Origin: Shigella phage Ag3
Sequence record: FJ373894
Reading direction: 5' to 3' (one strand)
DNA length: 64,000 nucleotides
Position 1 is the stretch's first letter; every line of letters starts with the position of its first letter. A model generated the notes under the pieces. That model made no database searches and was not told where the DNA came from. It worked only from the letters and a program-made list of their open reading frames with translations. Position numbers and translations under genes: made by a program. Positions 27,578-36,320 of this stretch are shown in pieces.

Positions 27578-27730
27578 TTATTGGCGGGTGCGGGATCTTG
27601 CCTGGCTGATAATGATGTCGACGTTCTTTGGGTGATGTTTCTTGGGCTTCAAGGAACGCACCGCAATACAGAACACCAGAACCCCGAATCCGAATAATAT
27701 ATTCGTCAGAAAAACATCAAAGAAAGTCAT
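27578..27730 (-). CDS. small single-pass membrane peptide, paralog 1 of 3
   Basis: 50 aa MTFFDVFLTNILFGFGVLVFCIAVRSLKPKKHHPKNVDIIISQARSRTRQ; ATGA overlap with upstream paralog; motif D-I-I-x-x-A-R-x-R shared with the other two. Confidence 0.5.
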   Translation of the reverse strand: MTFFDVFLTNILFGFGVLVFCIAVRSLKPKKHHPKNVDIIISQARSRTRQ

Positions 27731-27894
27731 TTCCGTCTTCCTCGAGCTTTGCTCACTATGTGGTCGATGCTTTCCTTCCGAAATTTCGATTTCAGAACAC
27801 CGATAGCCCCAGATGCGTGGAGTGCTATGGCGATCGCCACTAATATGGCCGGAGAAGCCCCGACCAGACCATTCAGAAAGTGTTCTAGCGTCAT
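27727..27894 (-). CDS. small single-pass membrane peptide, paralog 2 of 3
   Basis: 55 aa MTLEHFLNGLVGASPAILVAIAIALHASGAIGVLKSKFRKESIDHIVSKARGRRK; not in ORF track (under 60 aa); ATGA overlaps at both ends. Confidence 0.5.
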   Translation of the reverse strand: MTLEHFLNGLVGASPAILVAIAIALHASGAIGVLKSKFRKESIDHIVSKARGRRK

Positions 27895-28079
27895 TTGCGT
27901 CTCTTCCTGGCATTGTGAACGATGAGGTCAGTATGTGGAAGTCGGTCCAATTCCCTTCGGCGCTTGCGTTCCTTACGCCATTCATGGAATTTTTCGTCTA
28001 ACATTTCTGTGTTGATTATCGTTGCAATGATGCCAAATGCTCCAACAAAGGTCAAGATCATTTTGATCGAGTCCATCAT
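27891..28079 (-). CDS. small single-pass membrane peptide, paralog 3 of 3
   Basis: 62 aa from ATG 28079: MMDSIKMILTFVGAFGIIATIINTEML...HTDLIVHNARKRRK; ATGA overlap with upstream 180-aa gene. Confidence 0.5.
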   Translation of the reverse strand: MMDSIKMILTFVGAFGIIATIINTEMLDEKFHEWRKERKRRRELDRLPHTDLIVHNARKRRK

Positions 28080-28618
28080 GAACCCTCCGCCCAAACAAAG
28101 CCGTATTTGTTCAGTAGATCCACAGTTTCACCACGGGCGCGAGCCACGATGGATTCTACTGTTTCTTCCACCTCGAGTGGCGGGCAACCAGCCTTTTCGT
28201 ACGTGTTAAGCAAGAGAGCAAGTTCTTTTACGAACCCCTTTTGTTCCTCTCTTCCAAAGAACCACATCCGCAGATCGTCACGTTCCCCGTGCTTGTTCAG
28301 AGAAGCCATATTCGCGTACACGTAATCGTTTTTCTGAACAACGCCATTTATCTCCGGCCAATGCAACCCAGTCATCGCATAATTGAAGAATTCCGAAGGG
28401 GTGACTTCATCCGACAAATAATACAAACGGAAGTCACCGCTGGGACCATGTTTGCAAGTTCTATCCAGCATTATTGTGTGGATGTCCACGCGATTGCGGT
28501 AAGATATGAATTTCCGTTTTCTTCTACGTAAAAATTTCAGAGTAAAGTGGATTGTGCCGATCGTTACCATGGCTTGTATGGTGTACGCGAGGATGTCGTA
28601 TTTGTCAAGAATGATCAT
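28076..28618 (-). CDS. membrane-anchored protein (N-terminal TM helix plus globular domain)
   Basis: 180 aa; TM AYTIQAMVTIGTIHFTLKFL then RRRKRK; GGGGGA RBS; first gene of a four-gene translationally coupled chain. Confidence 0.45.
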   Translation of the reverse strand: MIILDKYDILAYTIQAMVTIGTIHFTLKFLRRRKRKFISYRNRVDIHTIMLDRTCKHGPSGDFRLYYLSDEVTPSEFFNYAMTGLHWPEINGVVQKNDYVYANMASLNKHGERDDLRMWFFGREEQKGFVKELALLLNTYEKAGCPPLEVEETVESIVARARGETVDLLNKYGFVWAEGS

Positions 28619-28629
28619 AAGATCCCCCG

Positions 28630-28655
28630 AAATGAATGAGGGGCTTTCGCCCCTC
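28630..28655 (-). terminator. terminator-like hairpin downstream of 28661..29269
   Basis: GAGGGGC-GAAA-GCCCCTC (GNRA loop) on the minus strand followed by ATTCATTTC. Confidence 0.45.
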
Positions 28656-28660
28656 CAATG

Positions 28661-29269
28661 TTATTTGCTCAGGCTGGCGAGGTAGTTGTCAGCTTCGATA
28701 GACGACGGGCTGTTAGCTGAGTAGCTCGAATCAGCGATTTCGGTTTCGCGCAGGATAGCATCAATATCGATGGTGGTCATGCCAGCGGCATAATCGATAT
28801 CTTCAGGGAGCACCAGACCCAGGTCGTTCGTCTCTTTTTGAACACGAACCAGCTCGAGGTTGGACTTCACTTCGTCCAGTTTGTCACCCAGCTGGATGAT
28901 CGCACCGTTCAGTTTGTCGCTGCTTGCTTCGATGTCCTTCACCTGAGCCAACAGGGCTTCGCCAATACGACGGCGATGCAGGACAATCAGGGCGTCGGCG
29001 CGGGTTGGCGTGACACCGCGAGCGATGGCGTCCTTCAGAACCTGCTCGCGCTTGGCGGCTTCGCCCAGGTTCTGTTCTGCGGTCTTCTTCAGCTTGACGC
29101 CGTTGCGAACGTTGGCGACACGGGCTTCTTCCAGGCGGCGGATTTCATCAGACAGCTTGCGAGCAGCCAGGTTCAGGCGCTTTTCGGTGCCGGTCAGTTT
29201 GTCCAGGCCTGTAGTGACGTTGGCTTCAACAGTGGTGAAGATGCGTTTCAGTAAATTTTTCAGTGACAT
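28661..29269 (-). CDS. coiled-coil protein, possible PspA/IM30-like
   Basis: 202 aa; N-terminus NLLKRIFTTVEANVTTGLDKL and extended heptad-like coiled coil resemble PspA ([22 protein letters not shown]) in pattern only. Confidence 0.3.
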   Translation of the reverse strand: MSLKNLLKRIFTTVEANVTTGLDKLTGTEKRLNLAARKLSDEIRRLEEARVANVRNGVKLKKTAEQNLGEAAKREQVLKDAIARGVTPTRADALIVLHRRRIGEALLAQVKDIEASSDKLNGAIIQLGDKLDEVKSNLELVRVQKETNDLGLVLPEDIDYAAGMTTIDIDAILRETEIADSSYSANSPSSIEADNYLASLSK

Positions 29270-29284
29270 TAGTGTAATCCTCAG

Positions 29285-29626
29285 TTATTTCTTCGGGGGT
29301 TTAATTGAGGTGAAAGAATCCTTCCAACTCTTGAATTGTTCAACCAGGGCTTCTTTACCCAGCTCGCCATTTGACACGCTGTGAACGTAGGCGAATGCTC
29401 CATAGCCGGATCCTGGCATAGCCTTGCAGATGCGCAGACTGACCAAAGACTCGCCCACAGAAACAAGGTAATGGTCGCGGCGATTGTTCATGGCATAGTG
29501 GTTGTCGTGAAACTTGTCGATAACAACACAGTTCTGAGGTTCGACGTCAATCGGTAGCCCGTTGGCTTCGGATCCACCGCGCCCAAGCACGCAGCCTGGG
29601 AATAATGTTTCTACGAGTGTGGTCAT
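29285..29626 (-). CDS. hypothetical protein
   Basis: 113 aa; TATAAT about 30 nt upstream; AAGGAAC RBS. Confidence 0.45.
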   Translation of the reverse strand: MTTLVETLFPGCVLGRGGSEANGLPIDVEPQNCVVIDKFHDNHYAMNNRRDHYLVSVGESLVSLRICKAMPGSGYGAFAYVHSVSNGELGKEALVEQFKSWKDSFTSIKPPKK

Positions 29627-29654
29627 GGTCTGTTCCTTCTGTAAGTTCCCATGT

Positions 29655-29660
29655 ATTATA
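29655..29660 (-). promoter_or_regulatory. sigma70-type -10 element (TATAAT) for 29285..29626
   Basis: Exact TATAAT on minus strand about 29 nt upstream of ATG, inside near-palindrome CCCATATAATACATGGG; -35 weak. Confidence 0.3.
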
Positions 29661-29680
29661 TGGGTGAATCGTTTAATGAA

Positions 29681-30031
29681 TTATTTGTTATGAAATCCCA
29701 AAGCCTTGCGGACTTCTTCACGGTGTTTCTGCTCTTTCTGAGCCTCTGTGCGATTAATCCGGCGATTGTGATGTCGGACGAGAGCTTTGTACACAGCCTT
29801 GGCTTCATGGTGAGGCAGGCAATCTGTGTGATAACCAATATCGACTGTGTAGCCTGAACAGCTGTTGACCGTGTAAGCATACACTTTGACGCCGTTATAG
29901 ATCACAGCATCGATCCCAACCAGTCGCTCTCCGTTCCATTCAACGTCATCGGCGTCAATGGCATCGATTAGACAACGGATTTCGGCGCTCAGTGGTGGTA
30001 TACAGAACAACCAGTTGATAAACTTGATCAT
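29681..30031 (-). CDS. hypothetical protein
   Basis: 116-aa ORF in operon context. Confidence 0.45.
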   Translation of the reverse strand: MIKFINWLFCIPPLSAEIRCLIDAIDADDVEWNGERLVGIDAVIYNGVKVYAYTVNSCSGYTVDIGYHTDCLPHHEAKAVYKALVRHHNRRINRTEAQKEQKHREEVRKALGFHNK

Positions 30032-30032
30032 G

Positions 30033-30248
30033 TCACTTCCTCATCAGTGAGAGCAGGTTGACCGCAGCCGGACGCGCATCAGGGGCGTAGAAGACGTCCT
30101 GAGAGTGCCTCTTACAGCACGGGCAGTCCTTCGTGGCGATTACACAGGGAGCCTTGCTTACGGCAAATCCGGCGGCTTCGGCTTCCTTCACGGTGGTGAA
30201 TGGCAGGTAAGCACTTGTACCCTGCCCTCCGCATGAACATTCCATCAA
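30033..30248 (-). CDS. small Cys-rich (putative zinc-binding) protein
   Basis: 71 aa; CSCGG ... C ... CPCC; start ATG 30245 or TTG 30248. Confidence 0.4.
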   Translation of the reverse strand: MMECSCGGQGTSAYLPFTTVKEAEAAGFAVSKAPCVIATKDCPCCKRHSQDVFYAPDARPAAVNLLSLMRK

Positions 30249-30361
30249 CGTTTCCTCTTAAAGGGGATGATCAGAGCTATGATGACAAGCATAGCTGTAA
30301 TCACCCCGCATGCTATCAGACCAAAGGCGAACGACTTCAGAACAAACTCAATCAAATTCAT
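30245..30361 (-). CDS. possible 38-aa membrane peptide
   Basis: MNLIEFVLKSFAFGLIACGVITAMLVIIALIIPFKRKR; ATGA overlap with upstream gene stop; not in ORF track. Confidence 0.25.
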   Translation of the reverse strand: MNLIEFVLKSFAFGLIACGVITAMLVIIALIIPFKRKR

Positions 30362-31563
30362 AACTTCCTCAATTTGGCTCTGGTGACCTGAGTTTGTTTA
30401 ACGCCATTATACTCGGTCAGTTCTTTGACACGACCACGGATGATCATGTCGCCCTGCAGGAACTCGGTATCCATGTACGAGGTCTTCCAGGTAATTGTAT
30501 TACCTTCTGCTGTTTTGAAAGTGAACAGGTAGCTGTCGCCGTATTCATTAGAGAAGAGGAAGGTACGCTTGTCAAACGTGACGCGGACTTCCAGCATTTC
30601 ACCGACTTCTGCTACCCACTTGTTCTCCGTCTTGCGGTCGGTGCGAGGACGATGGATGTAATCGTAATACTTCTTGGCACCCCAACGGACTGTGTTATTG
30701 TCCTTGATGAGGTGATAGCCAGGTTCACACATGCGTTTCAAGCGAACATTGAATTCGTTGGATTCAGACAGCGCGCTGATGAAGAGCTTCATGTGGTACA
30801 TTTCTGACTCGGCGTCTTCGCGATATTCACGTGCCTTAATCAGAAACATCTCGGCATCAGAACCCGCCTTTGGCTTCTGCCCAGCACGCAGGTAGCCCAG
30901 CACCTGGTCAAACAGTTCTGATTTGATGTCCACTCCGGCCAGCAGCACCTGGAAGCATGCACGCAAATAACCGTGGGTGTCCACGAAGCGTTCATTCCGG
31001 ACGCGATAGATCCCCTCTGGGTCGTCTTCATCCGGAATGAAGAATTCGGTGATACCCAGATAGTAGGACATAATCGCATCAAGCGATTTCTGATGCGGTA
31101 CGTAGTGATGCATGCAGGTGCTACCAATCAGCATCTGGGTGTGGGTCTGCTCATTCTCAATCACATATGTGTTCTTGCGATTGATGAGCAGATTGCAGTG
31201 CTGGCACCAAGAGACGTTCTCTCCCTCGAAGCGACGGATGAAGTCGGCATTGATGTTGTCAGACAGTTTGTTCAGGATGACCTTTGGGTATTCGTGATTG
31301 AACTGACCGATAATCTTCCACCCGCCGTAAGAAACCGGGCGGTCAATGCCTTCTCCTTCGAGGGTGACGGGTTTCCACCAGTGAGTGAGAATCTCACCAG
31401 TGATGTCACGGGTGTGGGTCTTGAAGGGTTCACCATAAGTCACAGTCGGGAACGGGACACCCAGCCTTTCGGCAGTGCGCTCGAGCTTCTTCAGCCGCTC
31501 AACGACCAGTTCTTCATTGTCGATCGGAATGTTGAATGTTTTGGCGTTCATTTCCAGCCTCAT
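30358..31563 (-). CDS. hypothetical protein
   Basis: About 400 aa (ATG 31563 or better-placed ATG 31551 with GAGG upstream); C-terminal beta-rich segment; no catalytic motif recognised. Confidence 0.5.
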   Translation of the reverse strand: MRLEMNAKTFNIPIDNEELVVERLKKLERTAERLGVPFPTVTYGEPFKTHTRDITGEILTHWWKPVTLEGEGIDRPVSYGGWKIIGQFNHEYPKVILNKLSDNINADFIRRFEGENVSWCQHCNLLINRKNTYVIENEQTHTQMLIGSTCMHHYVPHQKSLDAIMSYYLGITEFFIPDEDDPEGIYRVRNERFVDTHGYLRACFQVLLAGVDIKSELFDQVLGYLRAGQKPKAGSDAEMFLIKAREYREDAESEMYHMKLFISALSESNEFNVRLKRMCEPGYHLIKDNNTVRWGAKKYYDYIHRPRTDRKTENKWVAEVGEMLEVRVTFDKRTFLFSNEYGDSYLFTFKTAEGNTITWKTSYMDTEFLQGDMIIRGRVKELTEYNGVKQTQVTRAKLRKL

Positions 31564-31635
31564 GATTCAGTAACAACTCTTCAATAGAGATTAAATATTA
31601 GGCGCTTTATTCTTGAAAGTAAAGTTATTGAAATT

Positions 31636-31665
31636 AAAAAGCCCAGTACTTGACTGGGCTTCTTG
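31636..31665 (-). terminator. intrinsic terminator
   Basis: GCCCAGT-CAAGT-ACTGGGC on the minus strand followed by TTTTT, 14 nt after the stop of 31679..31999. Confidence 0.6.
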
Positions 31666-31678
31666 GTGTTCGGTCCGT

Positions 31679-31999
31679 TTATTCTTCAGCAGAATCAACG
31701 TTCGGGTCACGATCCGGCTTGGCGTTCGGGAACAAGGATTCATAAAGATCCTGATACTTCTCGCTCGTTTCGATCGTTTTCTGGTAGGTGCCATTCGCGC
31801 GGTCAGACACAACCTTACGCAGGTCGCTGGCCTTAATGCCCGTGTCTTTCGCCAGCTCGGCCAGAGTCTCAGTAATGAAAGTCTGTTCCGATTTGATGCG
31901 GACCTGGGCGGCGCGGCAGTTTTCAATCGCGCCCATCAGCTTGCGGCGAGACTCAGGATCAGACGGTAGTGCATAAAAGCCGATTTGTTCTACAGACAT
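31679..31999 (-). CDS. hypothetical protein
   Basis: 106 aa; last gene before the terminator in the helicase operon. Confidence 0.45.
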   Translation of the reverse strand: MSVEQIGFYALPSDPESRRKLMGAIENCRAAQVRIKSEQTFITETLAELAKDTGIKASDLRKVVSDRANGTYQKTIETSEKYQDLYESLFPNAKPDRDPNVDSAEE

Positions 32000-32014
32000 T
32001 TGTTGTTCCTCTTG

Positions 32015-32371
32015 TTAAGATCTCATGCCTTGTGGGATCAGATTAGCCCCACGGCGGCGTAAAAAGAAGTTTACGATGGAGTGATATTGGAACTTCGGGA
32101 TGATCTCTACACCGTCTTCCGTCGTATACCATTCCACTGTGTTGGTGCGCACTGGAAGGGGGAATGACGGCAGATCCAGCTGTACGAGTTCACCCTCTTG
32201 GCAGATCATGCCGATGCCATATTCCTCCCAGATTTTACGATTGTCAAAGAACTCCAGAGTCTGCTCCGGACTCAGCTCAATCGCTTGTTTGGTGTGGCAC
32301 ACCTGTTTGGCGGCCTGCACCAGGCCAGCCATAAAATCATTGTGTAACATGATGTGCTCCTGGTTTAACAT
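32015..32371 (-). CDS. hypothetical protein
   Basis: 118-aa ORF directly downstream of the helicase gene. Confidence 0.45.
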   Translation of the reverse strand: MLNQEHIMLHNDFMAGLVQAAKQVCHTKQAIELSPEQTLEFFDNRKIWEEYGIGMICQEGELVQLDLPSFPLPVRTNTVEWYTTEDGVEIIPKFQYHSIVNFFLRRRGANLIPQGMRS

Positions 32372-32412
32372 TCAGATCATAGAATTATACCCTATGACCC
32401 ACGGTATTGAAT

Positions 32413-33846
32413 TTAACCGAAATTCCAATTATTGACTGTTTGGGCTTTCTGCTCATCGCTCGCCGCCGAACCTGACTTGTTGAGGTCATGTTTGATGTGT
32501 ACATTCTCAACATATTTGGCCTCAGCCTCAGTCAGGTCCTTCTTAACTTCATTCCAGTCCAGGTCAAACAGGATCTGTTTGTCTTGGTCCATACCAAACA
32601 GGAATGACTTGAGCTTCTGCTTGTTGGCATAACGGTTCTTGAGTATTGAGGCTCGGGCTTTCTTGACCGCCGCCAGTTCGTCAGGAGCATAGAATGCCAT
32701 GATGAAGTCGGCCACCTTCGGGATACCGATAGCATCTGCCAGATCACTGATTCCACCGTCAGTGCTATTCTGATTCTCACGGTTGAACTGCATACCAGTC
32801 CATACAGGGACATCAAACTCAAATCCCAGCGCACGAAACTCACGAGCCACAGACGTGTAATAGACGTTCGTGTTCTGCATCAGGTGGGCAGGCAGGCGCG
32901 AGGAAGCAGCTTCACCAAGGTAGTCAATGATGATGACGTCAGGGGCGCGGCCTGTTGCTTGGATGTACTCAAGGATGTCGCGGCGGAATAAACCTGTGTG
33001 CCCAGCGCCGGACGGATATTCCTTGATGACGATATCACCCTTGGGTGCACCATCTTGGCGACTGCGGAGCTTCTCTATCGTGGCGATGTACTCGTGCCTT
33101 GTGAGTTTCTCTAAAGACTCAAAGTCGCGACGCATGATACGGGCATCAAGACGGTGTCGCCAGACGTTCTCGGCCACTTCGAGGGTGAATACAAAGACGT
33201 TCAGCCCCTGCTCCGAGTACCCTGCGGTCAGGTCAATCAGCGTTGTGGTCTTACCTGCGTTGATCGCGCCTGTTACGATGTTCAGTGTCTTCTTACCAAC
33301 GCCGCCGCGCGTCGCCTTGTTGAAGATCTCAACCGCGAACGGGATCTTGGCCTCGTTGGAGTTCATATGGTCATACTGCTCTGCCGCCATCTCCCAATAG
33401 ATGTGGCCGAGGTATGAATCAAACCGGATCGCCAGGGCTTCCTGCAACAGGGTCGGGATGTTGTTCATCTCGTCCTTGCGCTTCTCATCCCCATAGATGT
33501 TGACGGCGGTCTTGATTGCGTTATGTACAGCCTTTTGCCGCGCCCAGGTCTCTGTTTCCTTCGCCAGCCACTCTTCATTGAAGGTGTTGTCGTTGATGTT
33601 CTCCAGGGCAGATACCGCCTGGTCAAACACATATTCGTTCAGCTTTGTCCGTTCAAGAATGATAGACAGTGCTTCGATAGACGGGCGGGCATTGTACTCT
33701 GCGGCATAACTGTCAATCAGGCCAAAGATAACCTTTTCGCCTTCGTTGTCAAAATAATCGGCTTTCAGGTACGGCAGGATCTTTCTTTGATAATCTTCAT
33801 TGTAAATCAACTGTGAAAGCACGACAGATTCGAGTAACATTGGCAA
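32413..33846 (-). CDS. replicative DNA helicase (T4 gp41-like, DnaB family)
   Basis: 477 aa; Walker A GAINAGKTT; DnaB-like N-terminal region; downstream of UvsX as in T4. Confidence 0.85.
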   Translation of the reverse strand: MPMLLESVVLSQLIYNEDYQRKILPYLKADYFDNEGEKVIFGLIDSYAAEYNARPSIEALSIILERTKLNEYVFDQAVSALENINDNTFNEEWLAKETETWARQKAVHNAIKTAVNIYGDEKRKDEMNNIPTLLQEALAIRFDSYLGHIYWEMAAEQYDHMNSNEAKIPFAVEIFNKATRGGVGKKTLNIVTGAINAGKTTTLIDLTAGYSEQGLNVFVFTLEVAENVWRHRLDARIMRRDFESLEKLTRHEYIATIEKLRSRQDGAPKGDIVIKEYPSGAGHTGLFRRDILEYIQATGRAPDVIIIDYLGEAASSRLPAHLMQNTNVYYTSVAREFRALGFEFDVPVWTGMQFNRENQNSTDGGISDLADAIGIPKVADFIMAFYAPDELAAVKKARASILKNRYANKQKLKSFLFGMDQDKQILFDLDWNEVKKDLTEAEAKYVENVHIKHDLNKSGSAASDEQKAQTVNNWNFG

Positions 33847-34176
33847 CTACCCCACCAAAAATTTATTGTATTCCTGAGCATTACGCTGCATGAGGGTTAC
33901 AAGGATATCCCCTGTCACCTCAGTGAACAAGTCATTTTCTTTCAAATTCACAAACATCAGACGTAATGGTTTCTTCAATATATCGGTCACGAAAGACAGG
34001 CGGGGTTCGCCGTCCACTTCGTTGATGGCAACCTTGCCGAACCGGAATTGAACGCCACGGAATTTGCCAGAAGTGATCTTGATGATCGCCAGCTGATCAG
34101 CACCAGGGTCGATGATTGTGTAGTTATTGGGGGAGTTGCCTCCCCCTCCGTTGTCACTCGGATGTGTTGATAACAT
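33847..34176 (-). CDS. small protein in the gene-40 position
   Basis: About 109 aa from ATG 34176; call from uvsX-40-41 synteny only. Confidence 0.25.
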   Translation of the reverse strand: MLSTHPSDNGGGGNSPNNYTIIDPGADQLAIIKITSGKFRGVQFRFGKVAINEVDGEPRLSFVTDILKKPLRLMFVNLKENDLFTEVTGDILVTLMQRNAQEYNKFLVG

Positions 34177-35239
34177 GGTCCATTTGCTCCAGCATGTTCG
34201 CAGGCATAACAGTACCGTTAGAAACACCGAACATCTTCTTCACGTCATCGGCGAAGTCGACATTCTCCAGCAGCGGATACCAGAAATCATCATCCATCTG
34301 ACGCTTCTGATATTTCTTTTCCTTCTCAGGATCGAAGCCGCCCTTGGCTGTACGCACATACCAGCCGGAAGACGGCATATCAACGTAACCCAGAGCACGA
34401 GCGATCTCAAGTAGACCGCTCCAACGGTCAATACCGCCGTCGTACAGCACTGTCACAGGGAGTTTGGCTTTCTCTTTGACATGGCGACCTTTCATGATGC
34501 CGATGTTGAAGTTCCAGCCCAGCAGATCTTTGTCTTCCTTCACCTGAGAACGGGTGATGAACCAGATCAGGTTAGACGACAGGAAGCCCTGCTTGCCGCC
34601 TTTGATGTTAGGCTCGGCATACTGGTTGCCGATCTCGTCATAGTAGGAGTTGATCCACACCAGCACGAGGTCTTTGCTGTTGATTTCAGGAGTGATGACG
34701 CGCCAGAAGCTGTTGAGGGCACGGGCACGGGTCATGTCTTGGGTGTCGTTGCCTTTGATCGCATCTTCAACTTCCTTAGTGGAGGGAAGCTGGCTGATAG
34801 AGTCAATAAAGATGATGACATGGTCACCCTTCTTAACTTCCTGAAGGATTTGTAGTAGGCGGATCTTAGTCTGCTCAACGTTGTCAATCGGTACGTACAG
34901 GACGCGGTCCATGTCAATGCCCATGGAGGTCCAGTAATCGGCGTTGGCACCTTTTTCCGAATCCGCGAAGATACACAGGGCATCAGGGAACTTGTCCATG
35001 TACGCCTTGACATCTACCAGACCGAACATCGTTTTGAAGGTACGGGAATCACCCACCATCATCTTGATACCGGAGATCAGGCCACCGTCAATACGCCCAG
35101 ACCAGGCGATGTCGATCAGGGGAATACCAGTAGAACAGATGATAGACGGTTCCAGCGCGTCGGATTGGGACAGCACTGAAGCCTGGTCGTCATGTTTCTT
35201 GGCAACCTTCAGCATGCGGTCCATTAATGAACTGGCCAT
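34154..35239 (-). CDS. uvsX: UvsX recombinase (RecA family)
   Basis: 361 aa; extensive pattern match to T4 UvsX (GDSRTFKT Walker A-like, FIDSIS, DMTRARA, VKEKAK, DGGIDRWSGLL). Confidence 0.9.
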   Translation of the reverse strand: MASSLMDRMLKVAKKHDDQASVLSQSDALEPSIICSTGIPLIDIAWSGRIDGGLISGIKMMVGDSRTFKTMFGLVDVKAYMDKFPDALCIFADSEKGANADYWTSMGIDMDRVLYVPIDNVEQTKIRLLQILQEVKKGDHVIIFIDSISQLPSTKEVEDAIKGNDTQDMTRARALNSFWRVITPEINSKDLVLVWINSYYDEIGNQYAEPNIKGGKQGFLSSNLIWFITRSQVKEDKDLLGWNFNIGIMKGRHVKEKAKLPVTVLYDGGIDRWSGLLEIARALGYVDMPSSGWYVRTAKGGFDPEKEKKYQKRQMDDDFWYPLLENVDFADDVKKMFGVSNGTVMPANMLEQMDHVINTSE

Positions 35240-35766
35240 TTCACTTCCTCTTTATTGTTGATCGTCGTTAATAATTCTACACCCATAACCTTCTGGGACA
35301 AAATGTTAACCGCCTCTTGGATGCTCTTCAGGGACATCATCTCAACAGGAGACGGTGCGTCATTATGTCGGTCGGTTAGGTACATATTGCGCAGATTGTT
35401 GTAGTTCGTGCGGTTGATGCACGCAGCGTTCAGCGCAATATTCAGGATATACATCATCTGTTCAATGGTTACATCCTTCGGCATGGCGTGGATGTAATAG
35501 ATCGAGCCTTCGAAGTAGACGTCCACCAGTTCATCTGGTATCTCGACGCCACCACTGGCATACTCTTCGATCATCCTGAACAGAGACTCTGGTTGCTCGC
35601 TGGCGATCTTATGCGTGACAGTCGCCGAAAGACCATCACCCAGTTTAACAGGCCTGGTGTATTCAGTGAGGAATACATTATGACCGCCGCCGATGATGTG
35701 CTCGGCGAAATTAGCGGATGCGTTCGCCGCGTTGTCTGCATGATATGAAACGACGACTGTAAACAT
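35224..35766 (-). CDS. hypothetical protein in nucleotide-metabolism operon
   Basis: 180 aa; TAATG coupling to upstream NTP-PPase-like gene. Confidence 0.45.
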   Translation of the reverse strand: MFTVVVSYHADNAANASANFAEHIIGGGHNVFLTEYTRPVKLGDGLSATVTHKIASEQPESLFRMIEEYASGGVEIPDELVDVYFEGSIYYIHAMPKDVTIEQMMYILNIALNAACINRTNYNNLRNMYLTDRHNDAPSPVEMMSLKSIQEAVNILSQKVMGVELLTTINNKEEVKWPVH

Positions 35767-36320
35767 TAGAACTCCAGGGTCAGAGGGGTTTCTGTGGACT
35801 TGTCGTAATCCGCGCCGCCAGCAGCACGCAGACGATTGCGATCGTTCTTGCGCTTGTGTGCCAGCATGTAAGTCTCAATATCGATCTCCATGTAAGAACA
35901 CGCAGCCGACAGGAAGAACATGAGGGTCTCGACACAAGGTTCGTTCATGAACTGCCCAAGGCGATACGTCACACCGCGATGCCCAACAGCACCCAAAGCA
36001 GATGGGGTGAATTCGCGACCACCGAGGATTTCGAATTCTTCTTCGATCTCGCCTTTGGTGCGGTCCATAAGGATGAAGCACAGCATGAAGTGTACCACGT
36101 CCACCAGTTCATAGACTGCGTTCGCATGGTGAAACCCGACGTCGTTGCCATAGACCTTCCAGTCGCGACTGGTTTCGTCAAGGAACTCTGCCCATTCACG
36201 ATAGATGGAGTTGATGACTGCGTTCTGACTCCATACATTCTTCCACTCTTCCCCAAAGTAGGCCACGTTGGTGGCCTTTTGGAGTTCGAGCAGGCTTTTG
36301 ATATGCCCTGCTGTGATCAT
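35766..36320 (-). CDS. putative all-alpha NTP pyrophosphatase (dCTPase/dUTPase-like, gp56-like)
   Basis: 184 aa; acidic helix motifs YREWAEFLDETSRDW and ELVDVVHF typical of MazG/dimeric dUTPase-like enzymes; between dNMP kinase and UvsX. Confidence 0.4.
   Translation of the reverse strand: MITAGHIKSLLELQKATNVAYFGEEWKNVWSQNAVINSIYREWAEFLDETSRDWKVYGNDVGFHHANAVYELVDVVHFMLCFILMDRTKGEIEEEFEILGGREFTPSALGAVGHRGVTYRLGQFMNEPCVETLMFFLSAACSYMEIDIETYMLAHKRKNDRNRLRAAGGADYDKSTETPLTLEF

Noticed and set aside
27578-27985. Full-length ORF 27578..27985 (135 aa) as listed in the ORF track
   Set aside because: Only its C-terminal 50 codons look genuine; the upstream part overlaps, in another frame, a paralogous 55-aa membrane peptide gene (27727..27894) supported by ATGA coupling and the shared motif.
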